Assembly (NCBI RefSeq): GCF_050320075.1 | Contig: NZ_CP190018.1 | Strand: one strand, 5' to 3' | Length of the DNA stretch: 64,000 nt | From: Escherichia coli | Lineage (GTDB): Bacteria; Pseudomonadota; Gammaproteobacteria; Enterobacterales; Enterobacteriaceae | Shown here: positions 47,397 through 58,371 of the stretch, piece by piece | How the letters are laid out: each line of letters starts with the position of its first letter | Position numbering within the stretch: position 1 is the first letter of the stretch | Notes under the pieces: generated by a model | Database searches by the model: none | The model's input: the letters and a program-made list of their open reading frames with translations, nothing else | What the model was told of the DNA's origin: nothing | Translations under genes and position numbers: made by a program

Positions 47397-49493
47397 ATGG
47401 AAAAGCACGGAGCTGAATTGCTTTTACAGCGGATGTTAGGAAATACCACCGCTACTTTCAGGGAAGGGCAATGGGAAGCCATAGATGCAGTGGTTAATCA
47501 GCGGCGAAAACTGCTGGTTGTACAGCGCACCGGCTGGGGGAAAAGTGCCGTGTACTTCATCGCCAGTAAAATCTTCCGCGATCGCGGCGCTGGCCCGACA
47601 ATTATCATCTCTCCTTTGCTTGCCCTGATGCGTAACCAGGTTGCCGCCGCTGAACGGTTAGGTATTACGGCTGAAACGTTGAATTCTACAAACAGGGAAG
47701 AATGGCAGCGCATTAGCGATAAGTTGCTGCAAGGTGAGGTCGATTGCTTGCTGGTTTCCCCGGAACGTTTGGCAAACCAGGACTTTATCGAAACGGTTTT
47801 ATATCCTATAGCCGATCGTATTGGCTTGCTTGTGGTCGACGAGGCGCACTGCATCTCTGATTGGGGCCACGATTTTCGCCCGGATTACCGACGTATATTA
47901 GATATTTTGCGCCAACTGCCTGCGAATACCCCTGTTCTGGGTACAACCGCGACAGCGAATAACCGTGTTGTTGAGGATATCCGTCAGCAATTGGGTGACA
48001 TTGTGATTCAGCGTGGAACGCTGGCTCGCGAAAGTTTGGCGCTTGATGCCTTAGTCTTAGGAGAACAGTCATCCCGTCTGGCATGGTTAGCAACGGTTAT
48101 CCCTCAGTTTTCCAAATCGGGAATTGTTTATACCCTGACGACTCGCGATGCTGAACTTGTCGCCGAGTGGTTAAGGAAAAATGGTATCAGTGCATTTGCT
48201 TACTACAGCGGCGTGACTTGTGAAGGCGCGGAAGATTCTAATACTGCCAGGGAATATCTGGAGCAGGCACTGCTGGCAAATAAAATCAAAGTGCTGGTCG
48301 CGACGACGGCATTAGGTATGGGGTTTGATAAACCTGATTTAGGTTTCGTCATTCATTATCAGATGCCGGGGTCTATTGTCGGTTACTACCAACAGGTGGG
48401 GCGTGCCGGGCGTGCTATAGATTCCGCAGTTGGCATATTGCTTTGTGGTGGTGAAGACCGCGCTATTCATCAATTCTTCCGTGAAAGCGCCTTTCCTGCG
48501 GAGGCGCAAATTCATGAAATACTCAACGTACTTAGCGAGAATGACGGTCTTACCCTACGAGGCATTGAACAACGGACGAATCTTCGTTATGGGCAAATAG
48601 AAAAAGCACTGAAATTATTGGTAGCGGAAAATCCATCGCCTGTGGTGTATACCGAGAAATTATGGCGCAGAACTATCGTCAGTTTTTCTCCTGATCATGA
48701 ACGAATTAACCATTTGATGAATCAGAGAAAAAGTGAACTGGCAGACGTTGAAAGCTATATCACGACCAAGGAGTGCAAAATGCAATTTCTGCGCCGTGCA
48801 CTCGATGAGCCAAGTGCCGAACGTTGTGGTAAATGTAGCAGTTGTCTTCAGCATCCGTTATTGTCGCCCGACATTGATAGCGGCTTACTCCATGCGGCAA
48901 ATTTATTTATTAAACACGCTGACCTGCCGTTAAATCTCAATAAACAGGTGGCAGCTGGGGCTTTTACGCAATACGGATTTAAAGGGAACTTGCCTGCGGG
49001 TTTACAAGGATCTACGGGGCGAATCCTTTCTCGTTGGGGAGATTCCGGGTGGGGAAAGCAGGTAGCACAGGAGAAAAAAACGGGGCGCTTAAGTGATGAG
49101 CTGGTAGAAGCATGTGCGGAAATGGTTCGCCAACGCTGGAATCCGCATCCTGAACCAACCTGGGTATGCTGCGTTCCTTCATTAAGGCACCTCGACCTGG
49201 TTCCTGATTTTGCCCGGCGACTGGCGGCGAAACTTGGCTTACCTTTTATTGATGCCATTGAAAAAGTCGTGGACAATCCACCGCAGAAAATGCAGCAAAA
49301 CCGTTTTCACCAGTGTCAAAATCTCGACGGGGCGTTTGTGATTACCCCTCCTTTGATGCCAGGTCCGGCGTTGCTGGTTGACGATATCGTGGATTCTGCA
49401 TGGACGCTGACAGTTCTGACAGCACTGTTACGCCAGGCAGGTTGCCCGACGGTTTATCCTCTTGCCCTTGCTTCTACCTCGGTAAAAAATTGA
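47397..49493 (+). CDS. RecQ-family superfamily-2 helicase fused to a C-terminal ComF-type phosphoribosyltransferase-like domain (PsyrT/RqlH-like candidate toxin)
   Basis: 698 aa. RecQ motifs: FREGQWEAIDAV, Walker A TGWGKS, DEAH box VVDEAHCISDWGHDFRPDY, YYQQVGRAGR, Zn-binding CKMQFLRR...CGKCSSC. C-terminus: QNRFHQCQNLDGAF...ALLVDDIVDSAWTLT matching ComF/PRTase PRPP-loop pattern. Good RBS aggag 8 bp upstream. Confidence 0.8.
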   Translation: MEKHGAELLLQRMLGNTTATFREGQWEAIDAVVNQRRKLLVVQRTGWGKSAVYFIASKIFRDRGAGPTIIISPLLALMRNQVAAAERLGITAETLNSTNREEWQRISDKLLQGEVDCLLVSPERLANQDFIETVLYPIADRIGLLVVDEAHCISDWGHDFRPDYRRILDILRQLPANTPVLGTTATANNRVVEDIRQQLGDIVIQRGTLARESLALDALVLGEQSSRLAWLATVIPQFSKSGIVYTLTTRDAELVAEWLRKNGISAFAYYSGVTCEGAEDSNTAREYLEQALLANKIKVLVATTALGMGFDKPDLGFVIHYQMPGSIVGYYQQVGRAGRAIDSAVGILLCGGEDRAIHQFFRESAFPAEAQIHEILNVLSENDGLTLRGIEQRTNLRYGQIEKALKLLVAENPSPVVYTEKLWRRTIVSFSPDHERINHLMNQRKSELADVESYITTKECKMQFLRRALDEPSAERCGKCSSCLQHPLLSPDIDSGLLHAANLFIKHADLPLNLNKQVAAGAFTQYGFKGNLPAGLQGSTGRILSRWGDSGWGKQVAQEKKTGRLSDELVEACAEMVRQRWNPHPEPTWVCCVPSLRHLDLVPDFARRLAAKLGLPFIDAIEKVVDNPPQKMQQNRFHQCQNLDGAFVITPPLMPGPALLVDDIVDSAWTLTVLTALLRQAGCPTVYPLALASTSVKN

Positions 49494-50695
49494 TGAATCT
49501 TTCAGCCAATGCACAAGCGACTCTCCTGCTAACCAGCGATTTTTCTCGCGCGGCGGCGAGTGAGTATAAACCTCTTAGTAATAGTGAATGGGGGAAGTTT
49601 GCATTATGGCTGAAGCACCAACGTATCAGTCCCGCCGATCTTCTGGTGCCGCAACCGCAAGAGAAACTTACAGGCTGGAGCGATCCGCGTATTTCTCAGG
49701 AGCGTATTCTTGGCTTGCTGGCGCGTGGTCATAGTCTGGCGTTGGCGGTAGATAAGTGGCAACGCGCCGGTTTATGGATCTTAACCCGCGGAGATGCCGA
49801 TTATCCCGTTCGCTTGAAAAACCGATTGCGAACGGATGCACCTCCCGTTTTATTTGGCTGCGGGAATAAAGCATTACTGCAAGCGGAAGGTATGGCGATT
49901 GTTGGCTCGCGAGATGCTCCGACTGCCGATTTGCGCTATACCCAACAACTGGCAGCGAAACTGGCCCAACAGGGGATTTGCGTTATCTCTGGTGGTGCGC
50001 GAGGTATTGATGAATGTGCAATAGCGTCGGCGCTGGAGGCCGGAGGAACTGCCGTTGGCGTATTAGCTGATAGCTTGTTAAAAACGAGCACGTTAGTGAA
50101 ATGGCGTGAAGGGCTTATAGCAGGCAACCTGGTGTTGATTTCACCGTTTTACCCAGAGGTACGTTTCACCGTCGGCAATGCGATGGCGCGGAATAAATAT
50201 ATTTATTGCCTTGCTGAAAGCGCAATGGTTGTACGTGCGGGAATGACCGGTGGAACGATAACCGGAGCGATGGAGGCGTTAAAACATCAGTGGCTGCCTG
50301 TTCTGGTTAAACCAAATCAGGATGTGCAATCAGCCAATTCACGATTAGTAGAAAATGGGGCGTCATGGAGTGCTGAACAGGCTGAGAATGTGACGATCAG
50401 ACTGCCAGACGTTCCTGGGCTGATGTATGACAGAGCACTCCGTAACGCTCAACCAGAATTGTTTTCGCTGCACGAAGATGACGCAAATTACGCAGTGATG
50501 CCCTCGCATACCCCTGTCGATTTTTATCAACTTTTTGTGGCGGAACTGGCGATCCTTGCAAAGGAATCGATAAGTATTGAAAGGCTGGCGTCTTGTACTG
50601 GTTTAACCATCGAACAAATTAGTATGTGGCTGAACCGCGCAGAAGAAGAGGGAAGGGTTATCCGATTGGGCGAAGGTCATTATCAGTTCAGGTAA
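49493..50695 (+). CDS. DprA (Smf)-like Rossmann-fold protein with C-terminal winged-helix (PsyrA/RqlI-like candidate antitoxin)
   Basis: 400 aa from the ATG overlapping the upstream stop (TGATG). DprA motifs: IVGSRDAP...ICVISGGARGIDECAIASALEAGGTAVGVLADSL...NAMARNKYIY...VVRAGMTGGT. Confidence 0.75.
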   Translation: MNLSANAQATLLLTSDFSRAAASEYKPLSNSEWGKFALWLKHQRISPADLLVPQPQEKLTGWSDPRISQERILGLLARGHSLALAVDKWQRAGLWILTRGDADYPVRLKNRLRTDAPPVLFGCGNKALLQAEGMAIVGSRDAPTADLRYTQQLAAKLAQQGICVISGGARGIDECAIASALEAGGTAVGVLADSLLKTSTLVKWREGLIAGNLVLISPFYPEVRFTVGNAMARNKYIYCLAESAMVVRAGMTGGTITGAMEALKHQWLPVLVKPNQDVQSANSRLVENGASWSAEQAENVTIRLPDVPGLMYDRALRNAQPELFSLHEDDANYAVMPSHTPVDFYQLFVAELAILAKESISIERLASCTGLTIEQISMWLNRAEEEGRVIRLGEGHYQFR

Positions 50696-50699
50696 TAAA

Positions 50700-50733
50700 A
50701 CAGGTGCCGCCTCTGGTTGTGTGCAGCACCTGT
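50700..50733. terminator. Hairpin between the DprA-like gene and yhgN (convergent), probable yhgN terminator
   Basis: acaggtgccgc...gcagcacctgt stem-loop; on the minus strand followed by a T/A-rich run. Confidence 0.5.
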
Positions 50734-50740
50734 TTGAACC

Positions 50741-51334
50741 TTACCCCTTCATCCACATTCGAATGCCGTCGAGGAACATCTGGGTTGCCATCATCACCAG
50801 AATCAATCCCATCAGGCGTTCAAGTGCGTTCACCCCTTTCTCGCCCAGCAGACGTAAAAATAGCGAAGACTGTAGCAGGATGACAAAGGTGCCACCCCAG
50901 GCCAGCAGCAGAGCAATTACCAAATGTCCCATCTGATTCGGGTACTGATGAGACAACAACATCAGCGTGGCGAGAATAGTCGGCCCGGCGACTAACGGAA
51001 TTGCCAACGGCACGATAAACGGCTCTTCACCTGCCGGAAGCCCGCTGCTATTTCCTGAAGCACTGGGGAAAATCATCTTAATGGCGATCAGAAACAGAAT
51101 GATGCCGCCAGAAATGGAGACGGTTTCTGCCCGCAGGCTAAGAAATGCCAGAATTTTCTCACCCGCAAACAGGAACACCAGCATCACCAGGAGAGCAATA
51201 AGCAACTCTCGCACCATGATTGCCCGCCGTCTTTTCGGTTCAGTATGTTTCAGTACGGACATGAAAATAGGTAGGTTTCCGAGCGGATCCATAATCAGGA
51301 TCAATAAAACTGCTGCAGAAATGATTTCATTCAT
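50741..51334 (-). CDS. yhgN: MarC-family membrane protein YhgN
   Basis: 197-aa membrane protein; divergent from asd as in K-12. Confidence 0.85.
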   Translation of the reverse strand: MNEIISAAVLLILIMDPLGNLPIFMSVLKHTEPKRRRAIMVRELLIALLVMLVFLFAGEKILAFLSLRAETVSISGGIILFLIAIKMIFPSASGNSSGLPAGEEPFIVPLAIPLVAGPTILATLMLLSHQYPNQMGHLVIALLLAWGGTFVILLQSSLFLRLLGEKGVNALERLMGLILVMMATQMFLDGIRMWMKG

Positions 51335-51525
51335 AACTCAAATTCCCTGATAATTGCCGCGGACTTTCTGCGTGCTAACAAAGCAGGATAAGTCGCATTA
51401 CTGATGGCTTCGCTATCATTGATTAATTTCACTTGCGACTTTGGCTGCTTTTTGTATGGTGAAAGATGTGCCAAGAGGAGACCGGCACATTTATACAGCA
51501 CACATCTTTGCAGGAAAAAACGCTT

Positions 51526-52629
51526 ATGAAAAATGTTGGTTTTATCGGCTGGCGCGGTATGGTCGGCTCCGTTCTCATGCAACGCATGGTTGAAGAGCGC
51601 GACTTCGACGCCATTCGCCCTGTCTTCTTTTCTACTTCTCAGCTTGGTCAGGCTGCGCCGTCTTTTGGCGGAACCACTGGCACACTTCAGGATGCCTTTG
51701 ATCTGGAGGCGCTAAAGGCCCTCGATATCATTGTGACCTGTCAGGGCGGCGATTATACCAACGAAATCTATCCAAAGCTTCGTGAAAGCGGATGGCAAGG
51801 TTACTGGATTGACGCAGCATCGTCTCTGCGCATGAAAGATGACGCCATCATCATTCTTGACCCCGTCAATCAGGACGTCATTACCGACGGATTAAATAAT
51901 GGCATCAGGACTTTTGTTGGCGGTAACTGTACCGTAAGCCTGATGTTGATGTCGTTGGGTGGTTTATTCGCCAATGATCTTGTTGATTGGGTGTCCGTTG
52001 CAACCTACCAGGCCGCTTCCGGCGGTGGTGCGCGACATATGCGTGAGTTATTAACCCAGATGGGCCATCTGTATAGCCATGTGGCAGATGAACTCGCGAC
52101 CCCGTCCTCTGCTATTCTCGATATCGAACGCAAAGTCACAACCTTAACCCGTAGCGGTGAGCTGCCGGTGGATAACTTTGGCGTGCCGCTGGCGGGTAGC
52201 CTGATTCCGTGGATCGACAAACAGCTTGATAACGGTCAGAGCCGCGAAGAGTGGAAAGGGCAGGCGGAAACCAACAAGATCCTCAACACATCTTCCGTAA
52301 TTCCGGTAGATGGTTTATGTGTGCGTGTCGGGGCATTGCGCTGCCACAGCCAGGCATTCACTATTAAATTGAAAAAAGATGTGTCTATTCCGACCGTGGA
52401 AGAACTGCTGGCTGCGCACAATCCGTGGGCGAAAGTCGTTCCGAACGATCGGGAAATCACTATGCGTGAGCTAACCCCAGCTGCCGTTACCGGCACGCTG
52501 ACCACGCCGGTAGGCCGCCTGCGTAAGCTGAATATGGGACCAGAGTTCCTGTCAGCCTTTACCGTGGGCGACCAGCTGCTGTGGGGGGCCGCGGAGCCGC
52601 TGCGTCGGATGCTTCGTCAACTGGCGTAA
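51526..52629 (+). CDS. asd: Aspartate-semialdehyde dehydrogenase
   Basis: Start at [17 protein letters not shown] (367 aa); active-site region GGNCTVS. Confidence 0.95.
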   Translation: MKNVGFIGWRGMVGSVLMQRMVEERDFDAIRPVFFSTSQLGQAAPSFGGTTGTLQDAFDLEALKALDIIVTCQGGDYTNEIYPKLRESGWQGYWIDAASSLRMKDDAIIILDPVNQDVITDGLNNGIRTFVGGNCTVSLMLMSLGGLFANDLVDWVSVATYQAASGGGARHMRELLTQMGHLYSHVADELATPSSAILDIERKVTTLTRSGELPVDNFGVPLAGSLIPWIDKQLDNGQSREEWKGQAETNKILNTSSVIPVDGLCVRVGALRCHSQAFTIKLKKDVSIPTVEELLAAHNPWAKVVPNDREITMRELTPAAVTGTLTTPVGRLRKLNMGPEFLSAFTVGDQLLWGAAEPLRRMLRQLA

Positions 52630-52901
52630 TCTTTATTCATTAAATCTGGGGCGCGATGCCGCCCCTGCTAGTGCGTAATACAGGAGTAAGCGCAGATGTT
52701 TCATGATTTACCGGGAGTTAAATAGAGCATTGGCTATTCTTTAAGGGTGGCTGAATACATGAGTATTCACAGCCTTACCTGAAGTGAGGACGACGCAGAG
52801 AGGATGCACAGAGTGCTGCGCCGTTCAGGTCAAAAAAATGTCACAACCAGAAGTCAAAAATCCAGTTGGATGGGGTGACACAATAAAACAGGAAGACAAG
52901 C

Positions 52902-55088
52902 ATGTCCGATCGTATCGATAGAGACGTGATTAACGCGCTAATTGCAGGCCATTTTGCGGATCCTTTTTCCGTACTGGGGATGCATAAAACCACCGCGGGA
53001 CTGGAAGTCCGTGCCCTTTTACCCGACGCTACCGATGTGTGGGTGATTGAACCGAAAACCGGGCGCAAACTCGCAAAACTGGAGTGTCTCGACTCCCGTG
53101 GATTCTTTAGCGGTGTCATTCCGCGACGTAAGAATTTTTTCCGCTATCAGTTGGCTGTTGTCTGGCATGGTCAGCAAAACCTGATAGATGATCCTTACCG
53201 TTTTGGTCCGCTAATCCAGGAAATGGATGCCTGGCTATTATCTGAAGGTACTCACCTGCGCCCGTATGAAACCTTAGGCGCGCATGCAGATACTATGGAT
53301 GGCGTCACAGGTACGCGTTTTTCTGTCTGGGCTCCAAACGCCCGTCGGGTCTCGGTGGTTGGGCAATTCAACTACTGGGACGGTCGCCGTCATCCGATGC
53401 GCCTGCGTAAAGAGAGCGGCATCTGGGAACTGTTTATCCCTGGGGCGCATAACGGTCAGCTCTATAAATATGAGATGATTGATGCCAATGGCAACTTGCG
53501 TCTGAAGTCCGACCCTTATGCCTTCGAAGCGCAAATGCGCCCGGAAACCGCGTCTCTTATTTGCGGTCTGCCGGAAAAGGTTGTGCAGACTGAAGAGCGC
53601 AAAAAAGCGAATCAGTTTGATGCGCCAATCTCTATTTATGAAGTTCACCTGGGCTCCTGGCGTCGCCACACCGACAACAATTTCTGGTTGAGCTACCGCG
53701 AGCTGGCCGATCAACTGGTGCCTTATGCTAAATGGATGGGCTTTACCCACCTCGAACTGCTGCCCATTAACGAGCATCCCTTCGATGGCAGTTGGGGTTA
53801 TCAGCCAACCGGCCTGTATGCACCGACCCGCCGTTTTGGTACTCGCGACGACTTCCGTTATTTCATTGATGCCGCACACGCAGCTGGTCTGAACGTGATT
53901 CTCGACTGGGTGCCAGGCCACTTCCCGACCGATGACTTTGCGCTTGCCGAATTTGATGGCACGAACTTGTATGAACACAGCGATCCGCGCGAAGGCTATC
54001 ATCAGGACTGGAATACGCTGATCTACAACTATGGTCGCCGTGAAGTCAGTAACTTCCTTGTCGGTAACGCGCTTTACTGGATTGAACGTTTTGGTATTGA
54101 TGCGCTGCGCGTCGATGCGGTGGCGTCAATGATTTATCGCGACTACAGCCGTAAAGAGGGGGAGTGGATCCCGAACGAATTTGGCGGGCGCGAGAATCTT
54201 GAAGCGATTGAATTCTTGCGTAATACCAACCGTATTCTTGGTGAGCAGGTTTCCGGTGCGGTGACAATGGCGGAGGAGTCTACCGATTTCCCTGGCGTTT
54301 CTCGTCCGCAGGACATGGGCGGTCTGGGCTTCTGGTACAAGTGGAACCTGGGATGGATGCATGACACCCTGGACTACATGAAGCTCGACCCGGTTTATCG
54401 TCAGTATCATCACGATAAACTGACCTTCGGGATGCTCTACAACTACACTGAAAACTTCGTCCTGCCGTTGTCGCATGATGAAGTGGTCCACGGTAAAAAA
54501 TCGATTCTCGACCGGATGCCGGGCGACGCATGGCAGAAATTCGCTAACCTGCGCGCCTACTACGGCTGGATGTGGGCATTCCCGGGCAAGAAACTGCTGT
54601 TCATGGGGAACGAATTTGCCCAGGGCCGCGAGTGGAACCATGACGCCAGCCTCGACTGGCATCTGTTGGAAGGCGGCGATAACTGGCACCACGGTGTCCA
54701 GCGTCTGGTGCGCGATCTGAACCTCACCTACCGCCACCATAAAGCAATGCATGAACTGGATTTTGACCCGTACGGCTTTGAATGGCTGGTGGTGGATGAC
54801 AAAGAACGCTCGGTGCTGATCTTTGTGCGTCGCGATAAAGAGGGTAACGAAATCATCGTTGCCAGTAACTTTACTCCGGTGCCGCGTCATGATTATCGCT
54901 TCGGCATTAACCAGCCGGGCAAATGGCGTGAAATCCTTAATACCGATTCCATGCACTATCACGGCAGTAATGTCGGCAATGGCGGCACGGTACACAGCGA
55001 TGAGATTGCCAGCCACGGTCGTCAGCATTCATTAAGCCTGACACTACCACCGCTGGCCACTATTTGGCTGGTTCGGGAGGCAGAATGA
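52902..55088 (+). CDS. glgB: 1,4-alpha-glucan branching enzyme GlgB
   Basis: 728 aa; GH13 motifs. Confidence 0.95.
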   Translation: MSDRIDRDVINALIAGHFADPFSVLGMHKTTAGLEVRALLPDATDVWVIEPKTGRKLAKLECLDSRGFFSGVIPRRKNFFRYQLAVVWHGQQNLIDDPYRFGPLIQEMDAWLLSEGTHLRPYETLGAHADTMDGVTGTRFSVWAPNARRVSVVGQFNYWDGRRHPMRLRKESGIWELFIPGAHNGQLYKYEMIDANGNLRLKSDPYAFEAQMRPETASLICGLPEKVVQTEERKKANQFDAPISIYEVHLGSWRRHTDNNFWLSYRELADQLVPYAKWMGFTHLELLPINEHPFDGSWGYQPTGLYAPTRRFGTRDDFRYFIDAAHAAGLNVILDWVPGHFPTDDFALAEFDGTNLYEHSDPREGYHQDWNTLIYNYGRREVSNFLVGNALYWIERFGIDALRVDAVASMIYRDYSRKEGEWIPNEFGGRENLEAIEFLRNTNRILGEQVSGAVTMAEESTDFPGVSRPQDMGGLGFWYKWNLGWMHDTLDYMKLDPVYRQYHHDKLTFGMLYNYTENFVLPLSHDEVVHGKKSILDRMPGDAWQKFANLRAYYGWMWAFPGKKLLFMGNEFAQGREWNHDASLDWHLLEGGDNWHHGVQRLVRDLNLTYRHHKAMHELDFDPYGFEWLVVDDKERSVLIFVRRDKEGNEIIVASNFTPVPRHDYRFGINQPGKWREILNTDSMHYHGSNVGNGGTVHSDEIASHGRQHSLSLTLPPLATIWLVREAE

Positions 55089-57058
55089 CACAACTCGCCA
55101 TTGGCAAACCCGCACCCCTCGGCGCGCATTACGACGGTCAGGGCGTCAACTTCACACTTTTCTCCGCTCATGCCGAGCGGGTAGAACTGTGTATCTTTGA
55201 CGCCAATGGCCAGGAACATCGCTATGACTTGCCAGGGCACAGTGGCGACATTTGGCACGGTTATCTGCCGGATGCGCGTCCGGGTTTGCGTTATGGTTAT
55301 CGCGTTCATGGCCCCTGGCAACCCGCCGAGGGGCATCGCTTTAACCCGGCGAAGTTGTTGATTGATCCTTGCGCGCGGCAAATTGACGGGGAATTTAAAG
55401 ATAACCCGCTGCTGCACGCCGGTCATAATGAACCTGACTATCGCGACAACGCCGCCATTGCGCCGAAATGCGTAGTGGTGGTTGATCACTATGACTGGGA
55501 AGATGATGCCCCGCCGCGCACGCCGTGGGGCAGCACCATCATTTATGAAGCCCATGTCAAAGGATTAACGTACCTGCATCCGGAGATCCCGGTCGAGATC
55601 CGTGGCACTTATAAAGCCCTGGGGCATCCGGTGATGATCAACTATTTGAAACAGTTGGGCATTACCGCGCTGGAACTGCTGCCGGTGGCGCAGTTTGCCA
55701 GCGAACCACGCCTGCAACGTATGGGTCTAAGTAACTACTGGGGTTATAACCCGGTGGCGATGTTTGCGCTGCATCCGGCGTATGCCTGCTCCCCAGAAAC
55801 GGCGCTGGATGAGTTTCGCGATGCAATCAAAGCACTGCATAAAGCGGGTATCGAAGTCATTCTTGATATCGTGCTCAACCATAGTGCGGAACTGGACCTC
55901 GACGGTCCGTTATTCTCTCTGCGTGGGATCGACAACCGTAGCTATTATTGGATAAGAGAAGACGGCGATTATCACAACTGGACCGGTTGTGGCAACACGC
56001 TCAATTTGAGTCATCCGGCGGTAGTGGATTATGCCAGCGCTTGCCTGCGTTATTGGGTAGAAACCTGCCACGTCGATGGTTTCCGCTTTGATCTGGCGGC
56101 AGTCATGGGCCGTACGCCAGAGTTCCGTCAGGATGCGCCGTTGTTTACCGCTATCCAGAACTGCCCGGTGCTCTCGCAGGTGAAGTTAATTGCTGAACCG
56201 TGGGATATTGCTCCTGGTGGTTATCAGGTGGGAAATTTCCCGCCGCTGTTTGCCGAGTGGAACGATCATTTCCGCGATGCTGCCCGTCGTTTCTGGCTTC
56301 ATTATGATTTGCCTCTGGGGGCGTTTGCCGGGCGTTTTGCTGCCTCCAGCGATGTTTTTAAACGTAATGGTCGTCTGCCGAGTGCCGCGATTAATCTCGT
56401 CACCGCGCATGACGGTTTTACGCTTCGCGACTGCGTTTGCTTCAACCATAAACATAATGAAGCAAACGGAGAAGAAAATCGCGACGGGACCAACAACAAT
56501 TATAGTAACAATCATGGTAAAGAAGGGTTAGGCGGTACTCTTGACCTGGTTGAACGGCGTCGCGACAGCATTCACGCCCTGTTAACAACGTTGTTGCTCT
56601 CCCAGGGTACGCCGATGTTACTGGCCGGTGACGAACATGGTCACAGCCAGCATGGCAATAACAATGCCTACTGTCAGGATAACCAATTAACCTGGTTGGA
56701 CTGGTCGCAGGCAAGCAGTGGTTTAACCGCATTTACCGCCGCGTTAATCCATCTGCGCAAGCGCATTCCCGCTTTGGTGGAGAATCGCTGGTGGGAAGAA
56801 GGCGACGGCAATGTCCGTTGGCTAAATCGATATGCTCAACCTTTAAGCACGGATGAGTGGCAAAACGGGCCGAAACAGCTGCAAATTCTGCTCTCGGATC
56901 GCTTTTTGATCGCAATTAACGCCACGCTTGAGGTAACAGAGATTGTTTTACCTGCTGGGGAGTGGCACGCCATTCCCCCATTCGCTGGAGAGGATAACCC
57001 AGTGATTACGGCTGTCTGGCAGGGACCTGCACACGGATTGTGTGTGTTCCAGAGATGA
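55085..57058 (+). CDS. glgX: Glycogen debranching enzyme GlgX
   Basis: Start at [20 protein letters not shown] (657 aa); overlaps glgB stop. Confidence 0.95.
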
Positions 57059-57075
57059 TAAAAAAGGAGTTAGTC

Positions 57076-58371
57076 ATGGTTAGTTTAGAGAAGAACGATC
57101 ACTTAATGTTGGCGCGCCAGCTGCCATTGAAATCTGTTGCCCTGATACTGGCGGGAGGACGTGGTACCCGCCTGAAGGATTTAACCAATAAGCGAGCAAA
57201 ACCGGCCGTACACTTCGGCGGTAAGTTCCGCATTATCGACTTTGCGCTGTCTAACTGCATCAACTCCGGGATCCGTCGTATGGGCGTGATCACCCAGTAC
57301 CAGTCCCACACTCTGGTGCAGCACATTCAGCGCGGCTGGTCATTCTTCAATGAAGAAATGAACGAGTTTGTCGATCTGCTGCCAGCACAGCAGAGAATGA
57401 AAGGGGAAAACTGGTATCGCGGCACCGCAGATGCAGTTACCCAAAACCTCGACATTATCCGCCGTTATAAAGCGGAATACGTGGTGATCCTGGCGGGCGA
57501 CCATATCTACAAGCAAGACTACTCGCGTATGCTTATCGACCACGTCGAAAAAGGCGCACGTTGCACCGTTGCTTGTATGCCAGTACCGATTGAAGAAGCC
57601 TCCGCATTTGGCGTTATGGCGGTTGATGAGAACGATAAAATTATCGAATTCGTTGAAAAACCAGCTAACCCGCCGTCAATGCCGAACGATCCGAGCAAAT
57701 CTCTGGCGAGTATGGGTATCTACGTCTTTGACGCCGACTATCTGTATGAACTGCTGGAAGAAGACGATCGCGATGAGAACTCCAGCCACGACTTTGGCAA
57801 AGATTTGATTCCCAAGATCACCGAAGCCGGTCTGGCCTATGCACACCCATTCCCGCTCTCTTGCGTACAATCCGACCCGGATGCCGAGCCGTACTGGCGC
57901 GATGTGGGTACGCTGGAAGCTTACTGGAAAGCGAACCTCGATCTGGCCTCTGTGGTGCCGGAACTGGATATGTACGATCGCAATTGGCCAATTCGCACCT
58001 ACAATGAATCATTACCGCCAGCGAAATTCGTGCAGGATCGCTCCGGTAGCCACGGGATGACCCTTAACTCACTGGTATCCGGCGGTTGTGTGATCTCCGG
58101 TTCGGTGGTGGTGCAGTCCGTTCTGTTCTCGCGCGTTCGCGTGAATTCATTCTGCAACATTGATTCCGCCGTATTGTTACCGGAAGTATGGGTAGGTCGC
58201 TCGTGCCGTCTGCGCCGCTGCGTCATCGATCGTGCTTGTGTTATTCCGGAAGGCATGGTGATTGGTGAAAACGCAGAGGAAGATGCACGTCGTTTCTATC
58301 GTTCAGAAGAAGGCATCGTGCTGGTAACGCGCGAAATGCTACGGAAGTTAGGGCATAAACAGGAGCGATAA
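57076..58371 (+). CDS. glgC: Glucose-1-phosphate adenylyltransferase GlgC
   Basis: Start at [17 protein letters not shown] (431 aa); GGRGTRL motif. Confidence 0.95.

Noticed and set aside
53274-55028. 242-aa and 300-aa minus-strand ORFs inside glgB
   Set aside because: They are antisense to glgB, a highly conserved glycoside hydrolase gene, and are long open frames by chance.
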